The notes: generated from the sequence alone by a model not told the origin. A stretch of DNA of 64,000 bases from Clostridiales bacterium (GCA_918292005.1 CAKJZJ010000003.1:4161-68160), one strand, 5' to 3'. Shown: positions 1 to 10,113, counted from the stretch's first letter. Program-made: numbers and translations.

Positions 1-876
1 GGATTTAATGTAGGAGATCCATTGGTTGTCAAGTCTGTGGATACACATACATTACATGAGCATGATATGATAGCATTCTACACTTATCCCGAAGATTACA
101 AATCATTCGACGTAGATATGTGCATTCGAGTAAAAGAGAGTGATATACCGAATACATATTTTACTACTAGTTTTGCTTCTATCTTTGGTATACAACCCAA
201 GGCTATCGCAAAGGCTGCAAAATCTGGAGCGAAATTGGTTTTCCATCATATCAGAGAAATATATGAAGACGAGACTGGTACACGTTGGTTCAAAACATAC
301 GGGTCATCCAATAAAATAGATGACTCATGGTATATATCTGAAAATATGGTTGTAGGGAAGTATGTAGATAATTCTTCTTCTGGTACGATTGCTCAGATTA
401 TACAGGCTACAAATTCTAGATTTGGATTTTTGATTTTGCTTATTCCAGTTGCAATGCTTGCTGCTGTTATAATTTTAGAATCAATGAAGAATGTTCAATT
501 GGCAAAATTGGAACTAGATTGTGTAGAAGAAAAACGTAAAATAACCGATCCAATATGTGTGAAAAATAATGTTGGCTTTAATATGGATAGTAAAACCAAA
601 TTTAAAATACTAGCGCAGGCTGATACTAGCAATTACAATGAGTATATATCTTTGCTATGGCGTAAAGGTCAGACGCCCGAGAATATTAGAAAGTATTATA
701 TCAAAAAAGATATATTACTAGGCTACAATAGAAAAATGGTTGAACTCAATAGAGAATGTGAGAATATGTTTAAGGCTGGTGATAAACCTGCCAAGATAGC
801 GAAATATTATCATGAACAAAAAGCCTTTTACGAAGCAGAACAGCAGAAAAGGGCAAAAGAATTGAGATCATACTAG
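1..876 (+). CDS. SipW/ER-type signal peptidase I-like protein, 5' end cut by window edge, with TM helix and K/E-rich C-terminal extension
   Basis: Frame is open from nt 1 (GFNVGDPLVV...), so the N-terminus lies outside the window. VFHHIREIY...FKTYGSSNKIDDS...NMVVGKYV resembles the HRI / TKGDNN..D / GK boxes of SipW-type peptidases. This is followed by a TM segment (FGFLILLIPVAMLAAVIIL). The TAG stop is followed by a hairpin terminator. Confidence 0.4.
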   Translation, partial: GFNVGDPLVVKSVDTHTLHEHDMIAFYTYPEDYKSFDVDMCIRVKESDIPNTYFTTSFASIFGIQPKAIAKAAKSGAKLVFHHIREIYEDETGTRWFKTYGSSNKIDDSWYISENMVVGKYVDNSSSGTIAQIIQATNSRFGFLILLIPVAMLAAVIILESMKNVQLAKLELDCVEEKRKITDPICVKNNVGFNMDSKTKFKILAQADTSNYNEYISLLWRKGQTPENIRKYYIKKDILLGYNRKMVELNRECENMFKAGDKPAKIAKYYHEQKAFYEAEQQKRAKELRSY

Positions 877-884
877 AATAAAAA

Positions 885-914
885 AACAATCTACAAATGT
901 GGATTGTTTTTTAT
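885..914 (+). terminator. Rho-independent terminator
   Basis: Stem aacaatctac / gtggattgtt with a 4-nt loop, followed by a T-run, 9 nt after the TAG stop. Confidence 0.6.
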
Positions 915-972
915 TTTGAATAATGTTAGATTTATGATAGACTAATACAGTAATAATATTTGGGAGTTAATC

Positions 973-1242
973 ATGAGTGGCAAGTCGATTAGGTTTAGTA
1001 TATATTCAATAATACTATTTGCAGCGATATTGGTAGGTATTATATTTCTATTCAAATTTCATTTTTTGGTTGGTATAGCTGGTGTAGTACTTTTGATTTT
1101 TCCAGTAAAGTTGCAAAGAATCGCTCTTGACGAGTCTAGTGGAACTTTGGATAAAATAATTGCAAAATACGTTGTTCCTATCTTGGCTGTTGTGATTACT
1201 TTTTTTGCGATAATGAGTATTGCACTTTGGATAAAAATGTAG
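973..1242 (+). CDS. Small integral membrane protein (89 aa), function unknown
   Basis: ATG preceded by GGGAG. Translation is mostly hydrophobic helices (IILFAAILVGIIFLF, GIAGVVLLIFPV, ILAVVITFFAIMSIALWI). Confidence 0.5.
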   Translation: MSGKSIRFSIYSIILFAAILVGIIFLFKFHFLVGIAGVVLLIFPVKLQRIALDESSGTLDKIIAKYVVPILAVVITFFAIMSIALWIKM

Positions 1243-1253
1243 TATGGCGTAAA

Positions 1254-1283
1254 TAAAAAAGCAGGATTTGTCCTGCTTTTTTT
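1254..1283. terminator. Bidirectional rho-independent terminator
   Basis: GCAGGA-TTTG-TCCTGC hairpin flanked by an A-run and a T-run, between convergent genes. Confidence 0.7.
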
Positions 1284-1755
1284 AGTCTACCACAACGTAT
1301 TGATATTTGATATAAGTCTGAGTTTCTGCATTGAGTACTATTGTTACTATATAGCCTTTGTTATTAGCAGTTAGTTTATATGCGGAGTCTTCGTCCAGAC
1401 CATCTTTGGTTTCTGCTAAAAGTATTTGTGTTTCATTCTGTCTATAGTAACCACTATCTAGTATCTCATTGTCTTGATTTTTGGTGGAATATTTACCATC
1501 GGTCCCGAATGTGGTGACTCTATTGTTTCTATTATTCCTAGTTTTGAATACATTGAGTAGTTCATTGTCATTTTCTACTTGATATTCGGTGTAAATAGCC
1601 GTTTTGTTTTCATCTGTAGCAGTTCCCCAGTCTATTGCAACACCACCATATCTAAAAGTTTTGCCTGCAACGCTCATAGTTCCACACGATGCTAGTATTA
1701 GACAGGGGATAATGAGAAACATTGATAATAATATTGCTTTAAAATTCTTTTTCAT
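1282..1755 (-). CDS. Lipoprotein, function unknown
   Basis: N-terminal signal sequence with lipobox (LILASC|G). Confidence 0.6.
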   Translation of the reverse strand: MKKNFKAILLSMFLIIPCLILASCGTMSVAGKTFRYGGVAIDWGTATDENKTAIYTEYQVENDNELLNVFKTRNNRNNRVTTFGTDGKYSTKNQDNEILDSGYYRQNETQILLAETKDGLDEDSAYKLTANNKGYIVTIVLNAETQTYIKYQYVVVD

Positions 1756-1965
1756 ACATACCTTCCTTTTGAGTTTTTATATATTATATTACAGGGTGAA
1801 TATTAGGCCTAAAATAGTACAGGTCATATAATGGGGAATTATATACATCTTTACTTAATTATGTAGAAAGTGTTTTACGAGTACATTATCAATAATTATT
1901 TTTAGATTAAGTCTATATGAATTGATAAAAATTTGGAAATATAGTAAAATATTTCTAGGTGTAAT

Positions 1966-4518
1966 ATGGATAAATTTGTGATCATTGATGGAAACAATCT
2001 AATGTATAGAGCATTCTATGCTTTGCCACAACTTGCTAATTTTGATGGTGAGATTAGCAATGCTGTTTTTGGCTTTGCTAATATGATTGTTAAATGTATC
2101 AAGGAAGTATCTCCTAAATATATTGCTGTAACTTTTGATATAGCGAAAAAGAATTTTAGGCATGAGAGATTTCCCGAATACAAAGGTACTAGAAAACCAA
2201 CACCCGAAGAATTAAAATCACAATTCCCGATTGTAAAAGAAATGTTGAGACGTATGGGTATCTGCGTAGTAGAAAAAGATGGACTGGAAGCAGATGACCT
2301 AATGGGAATATTGAGTAGAAAATTTGATACCGAAAATGTAATTGTATCTGGAGATAGAGACACATTTCAATTAATCAATAATAATACGAGTGTCATGTTT
2401 CCTAAAAAAGGTCTCAGCGAAACTATTGAATTGAATACCAAAAATCTCAAAGATTATTATGGCGTAGAGCCTAACCAAGTAGTCGACCTAAAAAGTCTAA
2501 TGGGTGATGCTAGTGATAATATACCTGGTGTGGCTGGTATTGGAGAAAAAACTGCTCTGGATTTAATAAATAAATATAATACTCTGCAGGGTGTATATGA
2601 CCATATAGATGATATAAAAGGTAAATTGCAAGAAAAACTAATCAATGGTAAAGATAATGCCTTTTTGTCACAATACCTAGCAGAAATTGTCACAAAGTAT
2701 GACTTGGATTACAAATTGTCGGATTTTGAATATGTATTCCCATTCGGAAGTGATGTTGTTGAATTGTTTAAACGATATCAATTCAATTCATTACTTAGGC
2801 ATGATGAATTGTTTGGTGATGTACAAAATATAGAAGAGAGCCATTGTGAAAAAATTTTGGTGGGAGACAATGAAGCGCTTGATTCTATGTTGGATCAAGT
2901 ATTGCATTCCAGCGAAATATCTCTGTATTTAGACGATGGCAGTTTACACATATACGATGGTCGTGAGTATGTTGTTAATTTTGTTCAAGACTTGCTTACT
3001 GTTGGTCTTGATTATAATTCTGTTATTCAAGAGTGCAAAAGTGTTTTCGAGAATGGAGATATTCACAAGGTTGTTTTTAATACCAAATCTCTTAAACATA
3101 CGTTACACAATTTGGGTATAGAATTGCACGGAGTTTCTTTTGATTGCTTGATAGCTAGATACTTAGTTAATTCTATTGCGAAACAGAATGATTCTATATC
3201 CGAAGTTGCTTTAGAATGTGGTATTGATGTTGGCGATGAATATGCTTATTCTTTGCATTTGATGAAAGAAAAATATTTGTCCAAAATGAATGAATTGGAA
3301 CTAATGAATGTATTTGAAAAAATTGAGATGCCACTCATTGATGTTTTGTACGATATGGAAATATTAGGTTTTAGGGTAGACAAATCCGAACTATCTAAAA
3401 TGGAAGAGAAGTATAGGGCTGAGATATCTACTCTAGAGAATGATATATATGATTGCGCAGGTAAAAAATTTAATATTTCTAGTCCTAAACAATTAAGTGA
3501 ACTTTTATTTGATGAATTAGGTTTAAATATTAGATCGAATGAAAAGAAACGTAGTACAAATATTGATGTACTAAATGAAATAGTGGATAAGCATCCAATA
3601 ATTGAGAAGATTATCAGGTATAGACTCATTACCAAATTATATAATACTTATATAATCGGTTTTCAGGATTTACTAACTAATACTGATAGAATTCATACGG
3701 TATTTAATCAAACATTGACGGCTACCGGCAGACTCAGTAGTAGTGAGCCAAATCTACAGAATATTCCTGTAAGGTCAGATGAGGGTAAAATACTCAGAAA
3801 AGTGTTTATCCCTAGTGAGACGAATGGGTATATAGTTAGTGCCGACTATAGTCAGATAGAATTGAGATTATTGGCACATATGTGTGGAGATGCTAGATTA
3901 ATAAGTGCATTTAATAATGGGGAAGATATACACGCTAGGACTGCTAGTGAGATATTTGGTGTTCCGATGGATATGGTTAATGATAATATGCGTAGGAATG
4001 CAAAGGCTATCAACTTTGGTATTGTCTATGGCATTAGTGACTTTGGTCTTAGCCAGAATATCGGCATATCTCGTAAAGAAGCCGCAGAGTATATCTCACT
4101 ATATTTCAATAGATATCCCAAAATCGAAGAGTACATGCATCACAATGTTGAGTTTGCTCGTAATAATGGCTATATTAGGACACTGTTTGGACGTATTCGT
4201 CCTATTCCTGAGATTACCAATTCCAATAAGAATTTGCAACATTTCGGCGAAAGGGTGGCTATGAATATGCCTTTGCAGGGTACTGCTAGTGATATAATCA
4301 AATTGGCAATGATAGAAGTATACAATAGATTTATTCAATTGGGATTGAAAAGTAAGATTATTCTGCAGGTGCATGATGAATTGCTTGTGGATACACATCA
4401 TGATGAATTGGATACAGTAAAACAAATATTGAAAGAAACTATGGAAAATGTAGTAAATCTAGATGTAAAATTGACCGTAAATGTTGAAGCAGGCAAAACT
4501 TGGTATGATGCTAAATAA
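1966..4518 (+). CDS. polA: DNA polymerase I
   Basis: 850 aa. N-terminal 5'-nuclease region, and family A polymerase motifs A (SADYSQIELRLLAH), B (RRNAKAINFGIVYG) and C (QVHDELLV). Confidence 0.95.
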   Translation: MDKFVIIDGNNLMYRAFYALPQLANFDGEISNAVFGFANMIVKCIKEVSPKYIAVTFDIAKKNFRHERFPEYKGTRKPTPEELKSQFPIVKEMLRRMGICVVEKDGLEADDLMGILSRKFDTENVIVSGDRDTFQLINNNTSVMFPKKGLSETIELNTKNLKDYYGVEPNQVVDLKSLMGDASDNIPGVAGIGEKTALDLINKYNTLQGVYDHIDDIKGKLQEKLINGKDNAFLSQYLAEIVTKYDLDYKLSDFEYVFPFGSDVVELFKRYQFNSLLRHDELFGDVQNIEESHCEKILVGDNEALDSMLDQVLHSSEISLYLDDGSLHIYDGREYVVNFVQDLLTVGLDYNSVIQECKSVFENGDIHKVVFNTKSLKHTLHNLGIELHGVSFDCLIARYLVNSIAKQNDSISEVALECGIDVGDEYAYSLHLMKEKYLSKMNELELMNVFEKIEMPLIDVLYDMEILGFRVDKSELSKMEEKYRAEISTLENDIYDCAGKKFNISSPKQLSELLFDELGLNIRSNEKKRSTNIDVLNEIVDKHPIIEKIIRYRLITKLYNTYIIGFQDLLTNTDRIHTVFNQTLTATGRLSSSEPNLQNIPVRSDEGKILRKVFIPSETNGYIVSADYSQIELRLLAHMCGDARLISAFNNGEDIHARTASEIFGVPMDMVNDNMRRNAKAINFGIVYGISDFGLSQNIGISRKEAAEYISLYFNRYPKIEEYMHHNVEFARNNGYIRTLFGRIRPIPEITNSNKNLQHFGERVAMNMPLQGTASDIIKLAMIEVYNRFIQLGLKSKIILQVHDELLVDTHHDELDTVKQILKETMENVVNLDVKLTVNVEAGKTWYDAK

Positions 4519-4530
4519 AGGGTATAACTT

Positions 4531-5799
4531 ATGAAAAAAATTATAAAAAATGCAATAATTGTGACATTGGATAAAGAGAACACCATTATTAGAAATGGAC
4601 AATTAGAAATCCAAGACAATATTATTACCTATGTGGGTGAGATGAGAGATAGCAAAGGTCAAATAATAGATGCTGGTGGTAATATTATTATGCCAGGGTT
4701 TGTTAATACACATTGTCATCTTGCTATGACTTTATTCAGGGGATATGCAGAAAATTCCAATTTCAATAATTGGTGGTATGATTATATGCGTCCACTAGAA
4801 GATAAAATCGAATTGGGAGATTGTTACTATGGTGCAACTCTTGGTATTTTGGAATTATTGAAAAATGGTGTGACGACTGTTGCAGATTTTTATTTGCACC
4901 CCGAAGAAACTGCCAGGGCTGTAAATGATACTGGTATTAGAGCACACATTGGTATTGGTGCTATCACTGGTAGAGAGGTTGTGGGTGAAGAGTATTTAGA
5001 TGGTGAAGTGGAAAAAATATCAATAAATCCACTTATAAAGCCAATTTTGTATGCTCATAGTCTGTATTCGTGTGATGAAAGTCACTTTCAAGAACTCAAT
5101 AAATATGCTGCCAAACATCATCTAGTAAAGTCCACACATGTGAGTGAAACTCTGACAGAAGTAGGTACTATTGACCAAAAAACTGGTATGACACCTATAG
5201 CATATTTGGAGAGTTTGGGCTTTTATGACACTCCTAGTGTACTGGCACACTGTGTACATGCTGACGTGGGTGATATAGAGATTTTGGCTAAATATCCTGT
5301 GACTGTTGCTACCAATCCATCTAGCAATTTGATTTTAGGTAGTGGAATAGCACCTTTATACAGTTTTGTAAAGCATAATATCAATGTTTCTATTGGTACT
5401 GATGGTGCAGCAAGTAATAATAATCTAAATATGTTCAAAGAAATGTATTTGGCAGACAATCTCCAGGCGGGAGTATTGAATCAAGCACAGGCATTGACTA
5501 CGGTAGATTCTCTCAAAATGGCTACGCTCCGTGGGGCAGTTGCTCTTGGTTATGACAATCTAGGAAGATTGGAAAAAGGCTACCTAGCAGATATAATTAT
5601 GATTGATATATCCAAACCTAATATGCAACCATTGAATGACATACATAGCAATCTAGTGAATGCTTGTGAATCTAATAATGTTGTTATGACTATAGTAGAT
5701 GGCAATATTGTATATGACCATGGGGAATGGAAATGTGGGGTGGATTATCAGGATATAGTGGATCACTGCAATAGAATAATTAATAGGATTGATGGATAG
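4531..5799 (+). CDS. mtaD: Amidohydrolase, 5-methylthioadenosine/S-adenosylhomocysteine deaminase-like
   Basis: Metal-binding HCHLAMTLFRG near the N-terminus, HVSET, and GTDGAASNNNLNM, typical of the MtaD/guanine deaminase-type amidohydrolase family. Confidence 0.7.
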   Translation: MKKIIKNAIIVTLDKENTIIRNGQLEIQDNIITYVGEMRDSKGQIIDAGGNIIMPGFVNTHCHLAMTLFRGYAENSNFNNWWYDYMRPLEDKIELGDCYYGATLGILELLKNGVTTVADFYLHPEETARAVNDTGIRAHIGIGAITGREVVGEEYLDGEVEKISINPLIKPILYAHSLYSCDESHFQELNKYAAKHHLVKSTHVSETLTEVGTIDQKTGMTPIAYLESLGFYDTPSVLAHCVHADVGDIEILAKYPVTVATNPSSNLILGSGIAPLYSFVKHNINVSIGTDGAASNNNLNMFKEMYLADNLQAGVLNQAQALTTVDSLKMATLRGAVALGYDNLGRLEKGYLADIIMIDISKPNMQPLNDIHSNLVNACESNNVVMTIVDGNIVYDHGEWKCGVDYQDIVDHCNRIINRIDG

Positions 5800-5903
5800 T
5801 CTGACCAACATTTGACCTTTTTACTATCATTAGCGAAATAAATGTTTGTGTTTTTCGATAAAAAATAATAATAATTTTTTAGAATTTTAATCAAATATGT
5901 ATA

Positions 5904-5936
5904 AAAAATCCCTATATAATAGGGATTTTATTTTTA
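5904..5936 (+). terminator. Rho-independent terminator downstream of mtaD-like gene
   Basis: ATCCCTAT-ATA-ATAGGGAT hairpin followed by TTTTATTTTT. Confidence 0.55.
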
Positions 5937-5968
5937 TTGCATAATATTTTAAATTTGTCATAAAACCC

Positions 5969-5997
5969 TTGACAAAAAGATATAATGGTAGTAAGAT
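5969..5997 (+). promoter_or_regulatory. Sigma-A-type promoter of the ctsR operon
   Basis: TTGACA (5969-5974), 17-nt spacer, TAAGAT (5992-5997). Confidence 0.5.
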
Positions 5998-6007
5998 ATA
6001 GGTGTAA

Positions 6008-6025
6008 AGGTCAAAGAAAGTCAAA
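6008..6025 (+). promoter_or_regulatory. CtsR operator (direct heptad repeat)
   Basis: AGGTCAAAGAAAGTCAAA matches the published CtsR box A/GGTCAAANANA/GGTCAAA. It lies just downstream of the -10. An extra GGTCAAA half-site at 6040-6046 abuts the TTG start. Confidence 0.75.
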
Positions 6026-6046
6026 CTTTATAAGGGGGCGGTCAAA

Positions 6047-6499
6047 TTGAATATTAGTGATATTATAGAAGAGTTTATTCTAGAACAGTTTGATAATTCT
6101 AATGATGTTAGTTTGTCTAGGAATGAACTAGCAAATTATTTTAATTGTGCACCTAGTCAGATTAATTATGTTTTGTCCACTAGGTTTACTACACCCAAGG
6201 GATTTCTTATCGAGTCTAGGCGTGGTGGTGGTGGATATATTAGATTGTCTAGAGTAGATCTAAACAAAAATGACTATATCAATAATCTACTTTGTCATGT
6301 TTTAAATGCCGATTTGGATTATCCTACTAGTCTACAGATATTGAAAAATCTTAGTGAACTAAATATTATTAATTCACAGACTGCACAGGCTTTAGGTTAT
6401 GCACTTTCGCCTAAGGCATTAGCTATGCCAGTCAAAATAGAAAATAAGCAAAGAGCAAATATTTTAAAAAATGTATTAATTAATATTATAAAGGGGTGA
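6047..6499 (+). CDS. ctsR: Class III stress gene repressor CtsR
   Basis: N-terminal winged HTH and the RRGGGGYIRL glycine loop characteristic of CtsR. TTG start with GGGGG RBS. Operon context with clpC. Confidence 0.9.
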   Translation: MNISDIIEEFILEQFDNSNDVSLSRNELANYFNCAPSQINYVLSTRFTTPKGFLIESRRGGGGYIRLSRVDLNKNDYINNLLCHVLNADLDYPTSLQILKNLSELNIINSQTAQALGYALSPKALAMPVKIENKQRANILKNVLINIIKG

Positions 6500-6503
6500 T
6501 AAT

Positions 6504-6968
6504 ATGTTGTGTGATAAATGTAAAAAAAATGAAGCCAATGTTCATTGTACGACTATTATTAATGGGGTAAAAGAAGAAAAGCATTTGTGTAGCAAGTGTG
6601 CTGAAAAAGAAAATTTACAACCATTCAATAATATGTTTGACAGAGATTGGTTTGATGAATTTGATGATTTTATGAATTTCGATGATTTGCTACCTTGTTC
6701 ATGTGGTACTACACTTAGACAGATAGCCGATACCGGTAGTGTAGGTTGTGATAATTGCAGTGGACATTACAAAGATATCATTAGTCAGGCTATGGATAGT
6801 ATTCATAAAGGTGCTCAAAAGAAATTGGAAGAGAATAAGAATATGTCTGATAGTGATAAAAAGATTTTAAAATTAAAGCAAGACATTGCAGATGCTGTGG
6901 CAAAAGAAGACTATGAGACTGCAGCACAATTAAAAAAAGAAATAGATAAACTAAAAGGAGATAAATAA
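6504..6968 (+). CDS. mcsA: McsA-like zinc-finger / UVR-motif protein
   Basis: CDKC...CSKC and CSCG...CDNC zinc-finger pairs plus a C-terminal UVR motif (DYETAAQLKKEIDKLK). Located between ctsR and clpC. Confidence 0.7.
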   Translation: MLCDKCKKNEANVHCTTIINGVKEEKHLCSKCAEKENLQPFNNMFDRDWFDEFDDFMNFDDLLPCSCGTTLRQIADTGSVGCDNCSGHYKDIISQAMDSIHKGAQKKLEENKNMSDSDKKILKLKQDIADAVAKEDYETAAQLKKEIDKLKGDK

Positions 6969-6969
6969 T

Positions 6970-9504
6970 ATGGCGAATATTAGATTTACAGAGAATGCTG
7001 ATGAAGCATTACAATATGCAGGTAGTATTGCATTACAATTCGGTAGTTATGCTATAGACACAGAACATGTTTTGTACGGTCTTGCTAGAATCAAAGATAG
7101 TATGGCATCCAAGATTTTGTCTTCTTATGGTATAACTTCTGACAATCTAGAGACACTTTTTGGCAAAATGTTTAGGGGAAATAGTACAATAATATCCGAT
7201 AATGTTGATATATCTCTCGACTGTAAGGAAGTAATATCTATTGCTACACAATTTGCTACTCAGATAGGTCATGACTTTGTGGGTACAGAACATCTGCTAA
7301 TTGCATTACTAATGGGAGATAATTATAATGCTTGCAATATAATGAAACATAATTATCGTGTTAATATTAATGATATACGTAATTCTGTATTGCAGGTACT
7401 CAAGTCTCAGGCTTTTAATAGTGGCATGGGACAGAATAATGTGTACACTAATTACAATACTCAGTTTGGTGGTTATCCTAATTCAAATTATCAAAATCCA
7501 GGTATGAATACTCAGACCAATTATACTTCTGCACCAGGTGAACTACCAGATTTCATTAAGTCTATGGGTAGAGATTTGACGGAAAAGGCTAGAGCAGGCA
7601 AAATTGATCCTATCATTGGTAGAAAAGATGAGATAGCTAGAACTATTGAGATACTGTGTAGAAAGAATAAGAATAATCCAGTACTTATTGGTGAGGCGGG
7701 TGTAGGTAAAAGTGCCGTTGTAGATGGTCTAGCTTTAGCTATTGTTAATGGAGAAGTTCCTGACATTCTGAAAAATAAAACTATCTTTTCACTAGAATTG
7801 GGTGGTCTGATGGCTGGCACCAAATATCGTGGTGAATTGGAAGAGAGATTAAAACAGCTCATAGAATTCATTTGTAATAATAAAGATATCATTGTATTTA
7901 TTGATGAGATTCATACATTAGTACAAGTGGGTGGCGATAAAGGCGAAGTCAATCCTGCAGACATGTTAAAGCCATATCTAGCTAGGGGAGAATTCCAGAC
8001 AATTGGTGCAACGACTACCGAAGAATATAAAAAATACATTGAGAAAGATAAAGCACTAGAACGTAGATTTCAACCTGTAATGATAAATCCACCTACAGTT
8101 CAGCAGACTATAGAGATTTTGCGTGGACTCAAAGATAGTTTTGAAGTTTTCCATAAAGTAAAAATCTCTGATGAAGCGATAGTGGCTGCTGCATCTCTAA
8201 GTGATAGGTATATCATGGATAGGAGTTTGCCAGACAAGGCTATTGACCTAATAGATGAGGCTAGTAGTAAAGCAAAGATTGTAGGTAAAAAGAAGCCAGA
8301 AGAAATTACGGCTCTAGAAGAAGATATCTCTAGATTTGAGGCCGAAAAGAAGGAAGCACTATTTGCAGAGAATTTTGAAAAAGCCAGTGAATATAGGGAT
8401 AAAATCAATAAAGCACAAGACAAATTGAAAGAATTGCAAACCAATTTCAATACATCTGGTGATTTGGTAATTACTAAAGATGATATATGTAATGTAATAT
8501 CTGCTTGGACCAAAATTCCTGTGAATAAAATTACCGAGAATGAAAAACAAAGGCTACTCAATCTAGAAGACATACTTCACAAGAGAGTCATTGGACAGGA
8601 TGAAGCAGTTGTTGCTGTTAGTAAGGCAATTAGACGTGCAAGAATTGGATTGAAAGATAATAATAGACCTATAGGTAGTTTTATGTTCTTAGGTCAAACC
8701 GGTGTAGGTAAAACGGAACTTTGCAAGGCTTTGGCTGAGGCGATGTTTGATGATGAAAATGCTGTTATTAGACTAGATATGAGCGAATACATGGAGAAGC
8801 ACAGTGTGAGCAAATTGATAGGTTCTCCTCCAGGATATGTTGGCTTTGATGAGGGTGGTCAATTAACAGAAAAAGTTAGACATAAACCATATTCTGTAGT
8901 GCTATTTGATGAAGTCGAAAAAGCTCATCCAGATGTATTCAATCTGCTATTGCAGGTATTGGATGATGGTCGACTCACCGATAGTCAGGGTAGGACGGTA
9001 TCTTTCAAAAATACAATTATTATATTTACTTCTAATGTAGGTGTAAGTGAATTGCCTAAAAAGAAAGGTGGTCTAGGATTTGGTGTAGACAATGGTGACG
9101 ACAAAGGGCTAGATTATGAAGAAATCAAGACAATACTTACCAATGCACTGAAAAAACATTTTAAACCAGAATTTATCAATAGAATAGATGTAGTAACAGT
9201 CTTTCATCCTTTGAACTTTGAACAATTAACCAAAATTGCCAAGTTGTTTATCAGTAATCTTAATAAAAGACTAAATAATCAGGGAGCAAATCTGAAGGTT
9301 ACCGAGAGTGCCCTTAAGTACTTGATAGATAAAGGTTATGATAGTGAATATGGCGCTAGACCTTTGCGTAGACTCATTGAGCAAGAGATAGAAGATAAAC
9401 TTGCCGAGCAATTCCTAGAAGGTAATATTCCTAATGGTTCTACCATTATTATTTCTTGCAAAGACGGAAAACTGGGCTTTAAGATAACACAAAAAGAAAA
9501 CTAA
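6970..9504 (+). CDS. clpC: ATP-dependent Clp protease ATP-binding subunit ClpC
   Basis: Clp_N repeats, two AAA+ modules with Walker A motifs GEAGVGKSAV and GQTGVGKTEL, a coiled-coil M-domain, and a C-terminal GARPLRR. Confidence 0.92.
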   Translation: MANIRFTENADEALQYAGSIALQFGSYAIDTEHVLYGLARIKDSMASKILSSYGITSDNLETLFGKMFRGNSTIISDNVDISLDCKEVISIATQFATQIGHDFVGTEHLLIALLMGDNYNACNIMKHNYRVNINDIRNSVLQVLKSQAFNSGMGQNNVYTNYNTQFGGYPNSNYQNPGMNTQTNYTSAPGELPDFIKSMGRDLTEKARAGKIDPIIGRKDEIARTIEILCRKNKNNPVLIGEAGVGKSAVVDGLALAIVNGEVPDILKNKTIFSLELGGLMAGTKYRGELEERLKQLIEFICNNKDIIVFIDEIHTLVQVGGDKGEVNPADMLKPYLARGEFQTIGATTTEEYKKYIEKDKALERRFQPVMINPPTVQQTIEILRGLKDSFEVFHKVKISDEAIVAAASLSDRYIMDRSLPDKAIDLIDEASSKAKIVGKKKPEEITALEEDISRFEAEKKEALFAENFEKASEYRDKINKAQDKLKELQTNFNTSGDLVITKDDICNVISAWTKIPVNKITENEKQRLLNLEDILHKRVIGQDEAVVAVSKAIRRARIGLKDNNRPIGSFMFLGQTGVGKTELCKALAEAMFDDENAVIRLDMSEYMEKHSVSKLIGSPPGYVGFDEGGQLTEKVRHKPYSVVLFDEVEKAHPDVFNLLLQVLDDGRLTDSQGRTVSFKNTIIIFTSNVGVSELPKKKGGLGFGVDNGDDKGLDYEEIKTILTNALKKHFKPEFINRIDVVTVFHPLNFEQLTKIAKLFISNLNKRLNNQGANLKVTESALKYLIDKGYDSEYGARPLRRLIEQEIEDKLAEQFLEGNIPNGSTIIISCKDGKLGFKITQKEN

Positions 9505-9580
9505 TATAATTTTATTTGTGAAAAACAATTTTGTTTGCTACAATTAAAATGAAGCATGATATATGCTGAAGGAGAGTATT

Positions 9581-10108
9581 ATGGAAATAAAATATGTATC
9601 AAAGAACTACAAAATCTCCGATAAATTTAAAGATATCGTAGAAAAAAAATTATCTAAATTAGACAAATATTTCACTAGAGATGTTGATGTAAAAGTGGCA
9701 TGCTTGGAACAGAATGACACATGCAAATTAGAGATTACGATTAATAGTAAAGGCTTGTTTATCAGAAGTGAAGTATCATCGGATAATATGTATAATAATA
9801 TAGATATGGCACTTCCTAAACTAGAAAAACAAATACTCAAAAATAATAAAAAGTATCGTAATAAATTTGCTGAAAAAGTAGTCGATGAGACTCTAGAATA
9901 TATCAAAGATATGCCAGAACCTAGCAAAGCAAAGATTGTTAAAAATAAATCATTTACTTTGGAAGCTATCTCCGTAGAAGATGCTCAGGCATATATGGAA
10001 GCAGTTGGTCACAATTTCTATGTATTCCTAAATGGCGAAACAGGGGAGATTAATGTACTATACAAAAGAAATGATGACAACTACGGTCTAATTGAAGTTT
10101 TGAAATAA
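9581..10108 (+). CDS. hpf: Ribosome hibernation promoting factor (long form)
   Basis: S30AE-type N-domain (MEIKYVSKNYKISDKFKD...) and C-terminal dimerisation domain (FYVFLNGETGEINVLYKRNDDNYGLIE). The ATG at 9581 follows GAAGGAGAG, so the upstream ATG at 9563 is less likely. Confidence 0.88.
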   Translation: MEIKYVSKNYKISDKFKDIVEKKLSKLDKYFTRDVDVKVACLEQNDTCKLEITINSKGLFIRSEVSSDNMYNNIDMALPKLEKQILKNNKKYRNKFAEKVVDETLEYIKDMPEPSKAKIVKNKSFTLEAISVEDAQAYMEAVGHNFYVFLNGETGEINVLYKRNDDNYGLIEVLK

Positions 10109-10113
10109 AAAAA

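Noticed and set aside
1604-1831. 75-aa plus-strand ORF overlapping the 5' end of the lipoprotein gene and the polA upstream region.
   Set aside because: It is mostly antisense to a credible lipoprotein gene, has no RBS, and its composition is non-protein-like.
2016-4619. Multiple 60-130 aa ORFs antisense to or out of frame with polA (2016-2363, 2457-2693, 2936-3121, 3246-3635, 3905-4264, 4099-4425, 4398-4619).
   Set aside because: They lie entirely inside a high-confidence 850-aa gene, lack RBS context, and translate to low-complexity S/I/L/F-rich strings typical of shadow ORFs in AT-rich DNA. The same reasoning applies to similar shadow ORFs inside clpC, dnaB, alaS, the phosphohexomutase gene, parE/parC, the terminase gene and others.
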